Shown: positions 1 through 12,354, counted from the stretch's first letter. The stretch: 64,000 nucleotides of DNA from Cetorhinus maximus (GCF_964194155.1 NC_135902.1:41044001-41108000), one strand, 5' to 3'. The notes: a model not told the origin generated them from the letters alone. Translations and numbers: made by a program.

Positions 1-298
1 TCTCCGCTCTCACGAGCTGTAGGAACCAATGTGGCTCTTATGTTGGAGGCCTGGGGCACCATCTGTGCACCACAACTTCTGATTATTGGGTCTTTTTCTT
101 TCTTTTTGTCTTTTGAGACTAGGGTTCGTTTTCAGTGTTTTCTTGCGGGATTTGTTGTTCAAGGCTTACTGACCTTTTGAGACTGAGTTAAACTGAATAA
201 TGGATGGGGCGGGCTTGATAACCCTGATGAGCCTTTTCACCTAATGGGAGCGTTTCATTTTTTAAATGTGCCTTGCAGTCTGATCCCACTGACCCTTG

Positions 299-1035
299 GG
301 GCAGGATTTTTCACTCGGCTTACGGGTGCGCGCCCAATATGCCCGAGCGTGAAATAGCGCGCGCTGACATCGGGTGAGCGTCCTGATGTCATTGTGCGTT
401 CACGCGAATTTCAGTTGGCGCGCGAGTCAGTAGCCTGCCCAGTGACAATTAAGAGGCCGATAAGTCCATTAATGTAGTAATTGAGCTGGATTTTTCGCTG
501 CCCGTCCAACGTTACGGTTGGTGGACGGGCAAATCAGCCAGGCGGCCTTTGGACTTTTGAGGAAACCTCATCCGAGGGCGGGAGGAGGTTTCTGATATTA
601 ATATTAAAAAAAAAAATGCTTGGGCAGAATTTTTATCATCGGTATGTTTAGGTGAGTGATTCTTATAGGTGGAAATTTTTTTCAGAGTTTCATAATGTTT
701 AATTTCGGCTTTAAAATTCTTCAGCTCCCTGAGGCAGCTCTCTGCCTTCAGGGAGCTTTCATAGCACGGGCACGGGGGAGCACCTTAGCGCACACCCTCT
801 TCCCGCCCCCACCCCGGCAGCACTGAGCCTTTCAGTGAGCCTTTCACACTGGCTGGCCGTTAATTGGCCAGTCGACGTGAGATTGCGGTTGGGAGTCGAC
901 AGCCCGTTTCCCGGCCGCTACCGCGCCTGCCCACCGTGCCCGCCCACCGCGCCCGCCCACCGTGCCCGCCCACTGCACCTGCCCACCGTGCCCGCCCACC
1001 ACGCCCACCCGCCTGACGACCCGAATATCCCGCCC
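299..1035 (-). mobile_element. Non-autonomous Harbinger-type MITE, family A copy 1
   Basis: Ends GGGCAGGATTTTT...AATATCCCGCCC form imperfect terminal inverted repeats, with 3-bp flanks TTG/ATG. It shares internal blocks (GAAACCTCATCC, CTCCCTGAGGC) with the copies at 1117, 2045 and 7012. Strand is given relative to copy 3. The Harbinger assignment is inferred from the GGG-initial TIR and 3-bp flanks. Confidence 0.8.
916..1006. repeat. 13-bp GC-rich minisatellite (about 7 units of GCCCACCGTGCCC) inside MITE copy 1
   Basis: Units read directly at 916, 929, 942, 955, 968, 981 and 994. Confidence 0.9.
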
Positions 1036-1116
1036 ATGATCCATTCTCTGTATATTTCTCTGACTAGAAATGACCGGAGAATACATTTTCAAAATGGATG
1101 AAGCATCACACACTTA

Positions 1117-1584
1117 GGGCTGAATTTTCCCGTCGGCCAGCAGGGGGCGGGGCCTGTTCATCGACGCGAAAATGATGTCGGGGATTCCCCTATTTAAATT
1201 TTCAGGACGGTGGGCCACTGGCGGGATGAGGTTTCATGTCAGTTTTAAAAAGTTTATTAAAGTTTTTGTGCAATTTATTAACATGTCCCATCTCGTGTGA
1301 CGTTGTCACATGAGGGGGACATTTTAATGATTTTTTAATTTTTCTATTTTTAAAGTTTGAAAACCTTTCAGTGATCTCCCTGAGGCAGCACTCAGCATGC
1401 GCGAAAGAGCGCACTCTCACATTTGGGGAATCCCCCCCCGCCCGCACAGGGAGCGCATAGCACTTCCCACTGGAATTGGCCCGTCCACGTAAAATGGCGG
1501 TGGGGCCCGCTTCTCCGGCGGGGATCAGCTCCCCGCCTGACGGAGATTGGGTTGTTCCCGCCCGCCAGGCAGAAAATTCTGCCC
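1117..1584 (-). mobile_element. Harbinger-type MITE, family A copy 2 (internally deleted)
   Basis: TIRs GGGCTGAATTTTC...GAAAATTCTGCCC, flanks TTA/CTA. The sequence is the reverse complement of blocks in 2045-2728. Confidence 0.85.
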
Positions 1585-2044
1585 CTAGGTAAATTTTATT
1601 CAAATCTGCTATAAATTTAAAATAAAATTCTAGACACCAATTCTTTTGATTCCTTCCCCTATCAAATATGTATTGTTCCAGGAGACCACTGTTAAGTCTT
1701 TTGTGAATGTGCTGAGCTGCAGTGTGTTGGAGTCCTAGGCCCATGATTTGGACATGACATCTCATTCTGAATTGATGGCGTTTAACCTAATCGCCAACCT
1801 GCTTTGCGCTGTGAGGATGCAAATATTTGCATGCCGGCAAATGTATGTGCCATTCCAGCTGCTAATTTCATCTGTTCCAATACGAGCATAACAACTGCTT
1901 TGTATCTTAAATAGATAGGACTGTTTTACATTTGGATTACAGATGAGATGACTGAACATTCTCCCTTCCGCCCTTTGAACTGGTCGTGGAGCTCTCCAGT
2001 GCAGTTAGTGGGGTTTGTGATAGAGAGGCCAGCAAGAGTTCCAG

Positions 2045-2728
2045 GGGCAGAATTTTCTGCCTGTCGAGCGGGTGGGCCTGACCCAATCTCCGGCGGGCGG
2101 GGAGCCGATCCCCGCCGGAGAAGCAGGCCCCGCCGCCATTTTACGTGGGCGGGCCAATTAAGGCCCGCCCAGTGTGGCGTCCAGTGGGAAGCGCTATGTG
2201 CTCCCTATGTGGGCGGGGATTCCCTAAAAACAAGAGTGCGTTCTTTCGTGCATGCGCACGATAGAGCGCACATCTCCCTGAGGCTAAGTGCAGCCTCAGG
2301 GAGATCGCCTGGACTTTGAAAAATATTAAAAATAGAAAAAACAAAATCCCTTACATGTCCCCCTCATGTGACAATGTTCATAATTTATGGAATAACTTTA
2401 TTAAAATTTTTAAAACCCTACATGAAACCTCATCCTGCCGCTGGATGAGGTTTCATGTTTTTTCTATTCCTCGCCGGGGCTCCTGGCCTGCCCACCAACC
2501 TTAAGGTTGGACGGGCAGGTCCTTTAATTGGTTAAATGATCCTGTCAATGGCCTCAATTGGCCATTGAAAGGTCGGCGGGCGTACAGCTGATTTTGCTGC
2601 GCCCCCGCCTTCCTGAAAATCTAAATGGGGGGGATGACGTCGGGGGTTCCGCCCAACGTCACTGCGCGTCATTTTACCTGTTGGCAAGCGGGCCCTGCCC
2701 CCTGCTCGCCGATGGCAAAATTCAGCCG
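2045..2728 (+). mobile_element. Harbinger-type MITE, family A copy 3
   Basis: TIRs GGGCAGAATTTT...AAAATTCAGCCG, flanks CAG/CGG. Colinear with 7012-7689. Confidence 0.85.
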
Positions 2729-3555
2729 CGGGTGTATGGGCTGCTGGATGTCACAGAACAGTTCATCAGTATCTATGCTTCCAATGAAACTTTAAACACA
2801 TCTGTGAAGAGGTGGCAAGAAGCCATCTCTTTTTTTTCCCGTCTGATTATTTGATAGAGGGAAGAGAATCTTGCATTTTTTGATTATTTAAAAAAAACCT
2901 TTTATCTAGTTTATGCAGGTCAATAAAAGAGTTAGTGTTTCTTTAATTGCCTTCTGTTAAGTAGTAGGAAATCATCAGCTATAACCGTCTTCTTACTGTA
3001 ATGATATGTTTGTTTTGTTCAATAGGCATTTAATACGGATATTCTCCAATAATGCATCAGTGGAGTAATCCACCACAGCGACCTCTACAATCGCAGTCAG
3101 AGGTTAACTCTCAGATTGTCGCTCCAAATAATTTCTTCTACTTCACCCCATTTAAATGCTCTTCTGCTGACCTTTACTTTACTTCAGTTGCTGTTTGGGA
3201 AGGTTTCCAATGACTGTAGGTACTTAGAAAATTTCTGCTGTGTTTTTTTTTTAATCGCTCTTGTTGCCTGGAAATTGTAGGAGTTAAAATGCTTGGGAAG
3301 TAACCCATCACCCAGGCTGAGAGTAACTCTCTTACCTTCTGCCCCTCAAATCAGTGCAGTTTCTCAGTTGCATAGCCTTTCTCTGTTCATGTGGATTAGA
3401 AAGTGATCCACAGTTTTGTACAGGAAACCAGTAAATTTAATCAGGAATTTGTGGACTTAGCTGCTGTTGATGTTGGCTTTGTTAGGATGTTGCTATTTAG
3501 TGGTAGTTGAAGCATAATGTCACTTAACTTATTTCAGAAGTCTCTTTTCGTGCAG

Positions 3556-3610
3556 AACTCCTGGTCCTACCAGGACATTTCCCAAAAGATATTATTCAAC
3601 CTTGTGCTTG
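3556..3610 (+). other. Candidate short exon (unassigned)
   Basis: Acceptor-like TCTCTTTTCGTGCAG and donor TTG|GTAAGT. No recognisable product, so this may be chance. Confidence 0.2.
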
Positions 3611-3823
3611 GTAAGTAAAAGTGATGTTTTTACGAAGAGGATCATTTCGAATTACAGTATGTAAGTACAGTGTTGACTGACTTTTTAAATGGTGCATTAT
3701 GAATGACTGCATGACTCCCTTGACATTTGAGCTTGAATCTGACCTATTTGGCATTATCTGCAATGAGTGGATTTTTGGTTCTCTGTTGATAAGTGGGGAA
3801 GAGAGAGAGTTGACAGGAAAGTG

Positions 3824-3893
3824 AGGAGCAAAAAATATGGTAGCTTAGGTTCACTGTGCCCTTCAATCCGCACCTAGACCTGGGGAAATCTAC
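3824..3893 (+). repeat. 70-bp dispersed direct repeat, copy 1
   Basis: 64/70 identity to 4685-4754 by manual alignment. Confidence 0.9.
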
Positions 3894-4684
3894 TAAACCG
3901 CAAGACAGCAGGGAATAGGTTGCTGATGTATATGGCTGCCTTTCAATGCTTCACATCATTCACTGCCCATGCCTTCAAAGTTGATGTGTTCATTGTATAT
4001 AAATGCAGTGAAATGATGGTTCAGAGTTTCAGGCTTGTGATTCCTGAGCCTATGTTGCTGAGTCCTAGTGAGGATAAGTGCAGCTGAACAGAAAGTAAAA
4101 AGCAATTAACCAAGGTTGGTTGAACGAAATCGCACTATTGTATATCTACTTCTCAGTAATAGGGGGTAAAGTATCTTATGTTGCTTTGAAAGGGGTGTAG
4201 GGCAACGGGAAGATAACTTCTTGTTGAATCCAGTGTCCTTATTCTTCTCAAAGACTCTGACGTACATATACAGTGTTTCAGGAGAATTTTCTGAATGTGC
4301 CTTATCTTGATGTATGTTTAAATGGTGAAATATTTCTTATGTTAAAAATGGTGAACAGGATGCAGATGCCGCCCTCTCAGCAATATGAGCAAATCTATTG
4401 ATAGCATTAGGACAAACCTGGGCGTCTTTGAATATGTTCATATGTTATGTTTGGGAAGAGTAGTTTTGGCAATGGAGTGATATTAGACAGCCAGAATGTT
4501 GTGTAGCACTTAAAGGTAAGAAACATAGCTCCAAACCCACCATTCAATTGTTTACATCTTGGCATTGTTTTTCTTGGAGCTTCTCCCTATTTTCAGTTCA
4601 TTCAGGAGCCTTCACGAATCCTTCTGCAAGTAAGATTCCTGACTGTAAAGAATAATCAATTACAATACTTCATTGGGACAATGA

Positions 4685-4754
4685 AGGAGCAAAACATATG
4701 GTAGCCTTGGTTCACTGTGCCCTTCAATCTACACCTAGACCTGGAGAAATCTAC
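4685..4754 (+). repeat. 70-bp dispersed direct repeat, copy 2
   Basis: 64/70 identity to 3824-3893 by manual alignment. Confidence 0.9.
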
Positions 4755-6774
4755 CACTTTGACCAAGAAAACATTCTTCATGTCTGTGGCTTGATTCTTT
4801 TGTTATCTGTGCCTGATTAAGACAATGGTGCAATGGGCAAATCTGTTTCTCTGTTGATGGGGGGAGACCTAGTATCATCTTCATAGATCAACTAAAAGGA
4901 GGCAATGGGAACTCCTCCATTTCCATAAACTCCACCTTTTAAATAACAAGGAGAGTGACCTCCAAAAGGACACTACTATCCAAATGTTGAGGTCTTCACC
5001 AATAAGCTTGATTTTATTCATACATGTGCCCTTCTGTTAGGGGTGTATCATCCCTATACTTTCCCAGCTGAGGTTGGGGATCGGACCTGGGACTGGTCCA
5101 CCTTCTTGTCTCAGAGTTGAAAACTGTGTCTCTTGAGCCAGAGGGTCAGTGGACATGCTTCTTCTTGCTAAGGTCACAAGCAGTTACCTTGCAATTCAGA
5201 GCGACTACCGTGGCTTTAACTTTGCTTAAATAAATGTTGCACATTTCAAGGCTTTGAAAGTCTAATTGGTCTAACTGTTGGAAATGAAGCTAACCGTGTA
5301 CATGTTTGATGGCAATGGTAGAGGTTTAGCCAATAGCAATTGGTGCAGGGAAATAATTTTATTCAACGGTGTGTTTTCTGCTCTTATTGTGTTCACTAAA
5401 TGAGCAATTTTTTTTTGTTGACTTTCAGATTTTAAAATAAATCCCACCACCTGAACACCTTTAATTTTGAGCGACAACTAGGTTAGAATAGGAATACAAA
5501 GCTGCTGCTTATGTGCTGGGCAATGGTTAAACAGCAAATTGCCCAGTAATTGCCTATAACCTGAGAGTGATCTCAGTAATAGTCATTGGTCTTTTGAAGG
5601 AATTGTGACTAACCTGAGTGTTGGTGAGGCACCAATGGACGAAAGTCCTGGGCAGGGAGTTTGGGATAGGGAAGGAGAGGCTGCAGACTTGGAGGAGATA
5701 CTGGCTGCCCACGTTCGAGCTGGGTTCACATCGGTGAATCTGATACTATCATTTACCCAGGCCACTTCAGCAGATGTTATTTCAGCTGTGAATGTTTGCT
5801 TGTCCAACTCCCTCATACTCTTCCGATGCTATTCTCAGTGCTCGATATTGAAAAAAACGGGATGAACGCTCAAAAGGTGTGCCACTTAAATCGAGACTTT
5901 TTTTTTAAAACAGCTTAGGTTTTGTTTTAAAGTGAGGAATCTCCCTTTTTATATAAAGCTCTGCTAAGGATACAATCCACTTCAGCAATGCCTCTATCCA
6001 TCTGGCTACCGTGGGTTAATGTCTCAATATTATCAGAGCTTTACTAGGAGAATTTGAAGAACTGTGAGGGAGATGATGTAGGAATTTAAAGCAGGGAATT
6101 GTGAGAAGAGATTTTAAGCCCAGAATTGTGTATGTGAGTAAAGAAAATTGATACAGAAGAGAAGCCGTACGTTTCTAATATTAAACCTAGTGTGTCAAAA
6201 GACAGTTGTCATACTAGTAGGTTGTTTTGGAGTAGAAATCAAACACCAGGGGGGCAGGCAGTTGCTTTACAAATGAAGAAATGGGAAGAATATAGATGAA
6301 AAATCAGGAAATCAGCAGGAGTAGTCACAAAATTTGTCATCTCAAAAAAAGAGGGAAACCAAAATTGCTGGAAATATTCTTTTCATTGAAATCTTCGTTT
6401 TTCCAATAATTTTGAACTCGCTACTGAAAATAAGATTCATAACAAAGCAAAGACATTCAAAAGTTTATAAAAGCGATTTCTGGATTTTTGACTGCCTCAG
6501 TGTTTTCTCTTGGAGACTCTTGTGATTTAAGTACACACACGTTCCCCAGCTGATCACTGTTGGCTGAAAAGATTTTGTGAAGAGGCTATCATGCCTCGTG
6601 TGCACCTGTGTATACAGCTTGTTGAAACTTTTATGATTGATAGCAAAACGGTGTATGCTAGCATTTGTTTAGAAACCCTGCCCTGTCCTCCAGTCTGGTG
6701 TTTCAGTAAAGCATTGCTGAGAGTTCAAACCTCTCAAAGAAAGACACAAGGACAGTTAAAATGTTTTTTTTAAA

Positions 6775-7811
6775 ATTATTCTCTTGTGGGATGTGGGCAT
6801 CACTGGCTAGCATTTATTGTTCATCCCTAATTACCCTTGTTCAGGGGGCATTTTTTAAGAGTCAACCGCATTACTGTGTGTCTGGGGCCACATGTAGGCC
6901 AGACCAGGTGAGGATGGCAGATTTCCTTCCCCAAAGGATATTAGTGAACCAGATGGATTTTTACAACCATTTACAATGGTTTCATGGTCATCATTAGACT
7001 TTTAATTCCAGGGGCAGCATTTTCCCCCCTTTGGGGGGTTTGTGCGGTAGCGGGCAGGCGTGTTCCCGATCAGCGCCCCAGTTCGGGGGTGTGCCGCCAT
7101 TTTACGTGGGTGGGCCAATTTAAGGCCTCCCCAGTGTGATGTCCACTCGGAAGCGCTGAGCATTCCCTGTGCTGGTGAGGCGGGGTTTCCCTGAGCTGAG
7201 AGTGCGCTCTTTCGCACATGCGCGAGAAAGAGTGCACAGATCTCCCTGAGGCAAAGTAAGGCCTCGGGGAGATCGGTTGAAGTTATAACATTGTTTTTTA
7301 AAGGTTAGAAAAAATTTTCCTGACATGTCCCCTCATGTGACACTGTCACATGAGCTGGGACATGTCCATTACTTATATTTAAAAATATTCTGAAAAATTT
7401 TAAATCCCTCATGAAACCTCATCCCGCCTGTGGATGAGGTTTCATGCTTTTTTTGGAAGGCTTCCTGGGCTCTTTATCTGCCCGCCAACCTTAAGGTCGG
7501 ACGGGCAGATCCATTAATCATTTCAATTACTTTTTTAATGGCCTTAATAGGCCATTGACAGGTCGGTGGGCACACAGCCGACTCAGCTGCGTGCCCGCTG
7601 AAATGAAAACCTAAATGACACGGGGACGCACGCCTGACCTCACCCTGTGTCACTTTACACCCCTGCTCGCCAACTGGAAAAAGCCGCCCCTGATATTTAT
7701 TGAATTCAAATTCCATCATCTGCCATGGTGGGGTGGGATTTGAATCCAAGTGCCCAGGGCATTAACCTGGGTTACCAGTCCAGTGACAATACCACCATGC
7801 CACTGCCTCCC
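6775..7811 (-). mobile_element. tRNA-derived SINE with LINE-derived tail, interrupted by MITE copy 4
   Basis: The minus-strand head GGGAGGCAGTGGCATGGTGG...GGATTCAAATCCC is A/B-box-like. The tail (GGATGTGGGC...GCATTTATTG) is shared with 8411, 15843, 40820 and 53172. Confidence 0.75.
7012..7689 (+). mobile_element. Harbinger-type MITE, family A copy 4
   Basis: TIRs GGGCAGCATTTTCC...GGAAAAAGCCGCCC, flanks CAG/CTG. The host SINE resumes on both sides. Confidence 0.85.
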
Positions 7812-8410
7812 CTGCTTTTATGTAACATATTAAATTTGTTGAATAACTGAATTTGTTTTAATGTAATATGTTAAACATAATGTGTGGGTCACTGGGTTAA
7901 TTTCTTGATTAAAAATGTACATTTAAGGGATTGTTTACACTTGCGTGTGTGAGGATCAATCTTTTAAAGAGTAATTTCCAAGTGGATGTATTCTATATGC
8001 TTATAATTATTTTATTCATTGCTGCATTCAAAAGCATTTGTTTGTAGAAATGGACAGCAGGCTCTGGAAGAACCATGTTATTATTTGAGTTTTCAGGGCA
8101 TTTCTGAATAAAAGCCCTGAATTAGAAATATTTTACCAGAAGATTCTGCTTAAATGCAACTGTTTGTAGAGCTTTTTGGTAAAGATGCAAATCAGAAAAG
8201 ATTAAACTTGTTCTTTTTTTTTAATGTTTTCCCTTCAGCGTCACTATAAAAAGTCATGGCCTGAAGAGATGGACAGTGAAGTGACAGAGCTGCTGTGCCA
8301 TATTTGATCAGTTTATTTATTAAAGTGTGGTATGAGAGGGAGCAATTTACTCGCCTGCCTACAGTGGCATGAAAAAATATTACCTATTTACTTTGCATGA
8401 ACTGATCATC

Positions 8411-8485
8411 TTTTTATTCATTCATGGGCTGTGGGCGTTGCTGGCAAGGCCGGTATTTATTGCCCATCCCTTATTGGCCTTGGAG
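8411..8485 (-). mobile_element. Short 3' tail fragment of a LINE/SINE family
   Basis: ATTCATTCATGGGCTGTGGGCGTTGCTGGCAAGGCCGGTATTTATTGCCCATCCC matches the tails at 6775, 40820 and (reversed) 53172-53310. Confidence 0.75.
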
Positions 8486-11402
8486 AGATCTTTCAGAAAC
8501 TGCTTCACAAACTTGAAACATGTTTTTCTTGGTCCATCGCGAATGTGCTTGATGACTAGAATGGCCGTCGGCTGCACCAAGGCCTTTCTGCAATGCATTC
8601 CGCATGATATAATTTCCATGAAGATGCCTTGTACCTTTATCGCATAGAAAGTCCGGGTCGAAACAACGCAAACTGCTTTTGTGTTCTAACTTTCCCATTG
8701 GGTTGTAACCTGGTTCTCGTTTTCCTGTCAATTGCCTCTGCGCTGCCCCTTCCCTTGGAAAGGTGTTGGACTCTTTGCTGGGTCCATGAGCACTGAATAC
8801 CCTCTGATATCTGAGTATTCATGTCTGAGCCTGGATGGTCAGCCCTGCTGTGCATTTTGGCCTTGGGGACCATTCGATCTAGGCCAAATCTGGGTCTCAC
8901 CCAAGGTCTGTAAGTCTACACATTCGCAGTCGTCATTAGATAATCGGGCGTGAGCTGTTCAGATCACTTGCAGCATCTTTTTATCTATGGACTGAGATCA
9001 TTTGGCTCATTGCAGGCTAAGAACTGAAAGATGACACTTCCTTGTCTATATATAACTCATTGATTCACTGGGCAGAGTTGCTGAACTATTGGCGAATCCT
9101 AATGGCATTGTTTTTACTTCATTAGCCATTGACTTCTAATTTTGGAGGGGACAAGGAAAGCAATTTGGCTTAATAAAATAATAGCATAAAATGAGTAATA
9201 TTATAATATGTTCATCTGCTGTTGCTGATCGATAAAACAAGTTAATCACGAACACTGGAATGGCCCTCCCATCCCATTTCTACTTGCCAAATAACTGCTG
9301 GGATTTTTTTTTGTCATAACACCAACTGGGAAGGGACTCCAGTTTGTGCATCAACATTGTCCTAATCTGTGAAGTGGAATCTCTCCTGTCTAGCAATGTG
9401 CCCTGCAGTGTCAATATACAGGTCCAAGAGAGCTTCTTTCACATAATATTAATGGGGAAATGACTTTTTGTGAAGGGGTTAATGAAAGGTGGCTCAAAAC
9501 AGCCAGACTTTTGTATTACGTTTTTCCAAGTAGTACAAAGCAATTTAAAATAAGCAGCGAACGTAATGCAGTGTCATCGGCACATCTGTATCAATTGTTG
9601 TCCCTTTCACTCATTCACTTTCTCTGAGGCACGTTAAGCTGTTTTACTCTGTTCTTTCAGCGCCTTTTATAAAACTAAACAGTCTAAATTCATAACCCCA
9701 CACTGATCCCAGCCTCCATTCAGCAGTTGTGGTGAAGGTGTGGAGAATTTCAGGCCAGATCCTGCATGCTCTGTTCACTGACCTGGAGGAACGTGCTGTG
9801 TCTGACCAGTCATCTGTACTGAATAGAGGTGCTTCTCATCCTGAGCATTGCACAAAATGGACTGAAAATGAGAATATGACCTTGAATTTATAACCTTCTG
9901 GCTGGATGACAAAACATGTTACTGAATGACTCTGTAAGGCTTTCTATTCTCGCTCCCTCTTTCTCTCTTTTGTCTCTCTCGTCTATGATATAGTATTTTT
10001 TATATATACATTTATATTAATCTCCTGAAGGTGTTGTCCAAACGTTGTATGGTTCAACTAGGCACAAAGACTGCACTGCACCTCCAGCGATCATTCCTGC
10101 ACGATTGCAAACAGTGAAAGTTGTCATGTTATTCAACTGGTAAGGCATCGCAATCCTATCATTACCCGATGTCCACGTACACTTCAGCAAGAATCACCGA
10201 GCAAACAGGAAGCCAAGGGTGAAGTCCATAAATCACAGCTTCAGTTGAGATTTAGTAACAGCATAGCTACCTGCAGCTTCCCGTTTTGTGGGCTTTTAAA
10301 GGAAAGCTTTAAAGTTTTTGCCGGGTTTGGTTTCTGGGGCAGCCTGCAGTGCCACTTGCTGGCTACTGTAGCATTTTGCACAGGTTTTATTTTACATCTT
10401 AAATTCCAGTTTGTATTGCCTATGCTGGCAGACAGAGAGGTGGGCATAATATGGGGTAGGATCTTGTAAAAGGCATTGTCTTGGTGACACTGCGTCTTTA
10501 TAAGAACCCGAGTTATTGTATCTCCTGCCTAGAGGCACGGTTACAAAAACTATGACTGGGTATGTGTGAAAGTGTAGAGCTGTCTTGAAATGAGAAGGAG
10601 AGAGGATTCCACCACCCCCCTTGCTATTGTTAAGGTTGGTGAGTATTACATTGACAGGAGTTTCATCAGAAAGGGCCTGATATGTACCACCTGTAGCTGA
10701 AATTATTTCACCTTTTATTTTTGAAAGAACAACGTAACCATTATTTTAGTAGCTCAAACCGTGCAGCTTCTGATAATGTCATATTGGTGTAATCCCAGCT
10801 TAAACTAGAACAAAGTTTGTAGAAGGATGAGTGAGAGAAACGGGGGAAAAAAACGTGATTTTTATTTTTTTAGCTTTGTAATTCCTCCAACTGATAACCG
10901 AATAAGGCATCCCCGTTCCCAAAGACAATTCTGTCTCTTTGTGCTGGTATTTCCCAGACTGAGCTACCTGGAAGAAACTAAGCCCTGCCCATCTCCTTTA
11001 TATAAAACAAGTAAAAGCAAACTGTACACTGACCGACCTAGTCCATCTGTTTTAGCTGAGCGTTTTTGATACTGCAAACCATATTTGTTAAGCCTTTTCT
11101 ATACCCTGTTCCCAAACAGGATTTGAAGGACAAAGGCCCCTTTGTTTCGAGGCAGTGTTTAAAGGCTCCTGTCTTTTAGGCCAGGTGGCCCATCACCCTG
11201 AGCCCTAGGCCAGTGTTCCCAGTCCCACTCGTCCTCCAAAAAGAAAATGTATTTATAAAGCACTCACTGGAGGCTGCTCGGAGTTTGGGATCCTGAATCT
11301 TTGATGACTAACAGTCAATTTATTTTGGCATATGTAGCTTTCTTTTCTCACTGTTTCAATTCTTTACCTCCCCAGCTGTCCCCTCCAGCTGGTTTGGGTC
11401 TT

Positions 11403-11715
11403 GTGTCGTTTTTTTTTGCATGAGACTTCAGGCTGTGGCCCCATCTGCCTTGTGTAGACATAAAAGATCCCAAGGCTGTATTCCGAAGAAGAGCAGAGGT
11501 CCTGGCCAATATTTATCCCTCTTCCAACGTCACAAAAGCAGGATATCTGATCACTATCGCCAGTGTGGTTTGTGGGAGCTTCCTGTGTACAAATTAGCTA
11601 CTGTGTTTCCCATCTGATGACAGTGAAACTCTTCAGCCATACTTCATTGGCTGTAAAGTGCCCCCGGGACGTACTGAAGTTGTGAAAGGTACATAATAAA
11701 TGCAAGTTTGTTCTT
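11403..11715 (+). mobile_element. Deu-domain SINE (SacSINE1-like), 5'-truncated
   Basis: Motifs AAAAGATCCC, GTCCTGGCCAATATTTATCCCTC, CTTCATTGGCTGTAAAG and tail GTGAAAGG...ATAAATGCAAG are shared with 20645, 29830 and 51995. Family name from recall. Confidence 0.75.
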
Positions 11716-11873
11716 GCACATTTTCATGGCTGATGCCCTGTTTCATTATTGGTGGGGAGCAGGCTTGCATTAAACAGCACTGGGCTTAATGCTCTGTTCA
11801 CAGAGAGAAAGAGACCCTCGTCTCTTCGAGCTGAAAGACTGCAATTCGCCAAGACATGGCAGGAGGTGCTCAC

Positions 11874-11988
11874 CGGCTTCTACCTTGTGTGTGTGAGCTG
11901 TTCGGTTTTGCTTTTGGCATTGCACTCCCGCCGTTGTTGTAGGACTCAAGTGGCTTTGTTACCCCCTTTCCACAATGCAACCGATGTT
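11874..11988 (-). other. Candidate minus-strand exon (115 nt)
   Basis: Minus-strand acceptor CTTTTTTGTTTTCGTTTGCTTTAG and donor CCG|GTGAGC. One frame is open (EHRLHCGKGVTKPLESYNNGGSAMPKAKPNSSHTQGRS); no homology recognised. Confidence 0.3.
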
Positions 11989-12341
11989 CTAAAGCAAACG
12001 AAAACAAAAAAGCCATGCTCCATGTACAATGTTAAAGTGAGTTCGAATGGTTCATTCAGGCTCTGTACTTTTCTCTTTTTGCTGTGCCAGTGATTCCAAA
12101 GCCCATTGTGCACAGCACTGGATAAAAAAAAAAGGGAGACAAGCCTGTGATCTGCTCCAGGGTGTGCACTTTTACCTCTGTTTTAGGACTCCTGAGTCTG
12201 TTTTGAGCACTTGCTTACACCTCGTGATCGACGACCTCTGTACTGACGCCAGAACAGAAAATAGCACCCTCATTCACCAACAATAATAAGACCCCTTACA
12301 ACTCCGAAACAAATCGGTTAGCATTCACGGCAATGTGGCCA

Positions 12342-12354
12342 AGGTCATGGGTCA
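12342..12354 (+). promoter_or_regulatory. Nuclear-receptor DR1-type motif AGGTCA-T-GGGTCA
   Basis: Exact RGGTCA-N-RGGTCA match in non-repeat DNA. Function untested. Confidence 0.3.

Noticed and set aside
1202-1765. 187-aa minus-strand ORF
   Set aside because: It reads through a MITE and flanking DNA with no transposase or other motif.
4597-4629. 33-nt exon-like segment (FIQEPSRILLQ)
   Set aside because: The splice signals are plausible, but the donor is weak and I recognise no homology.
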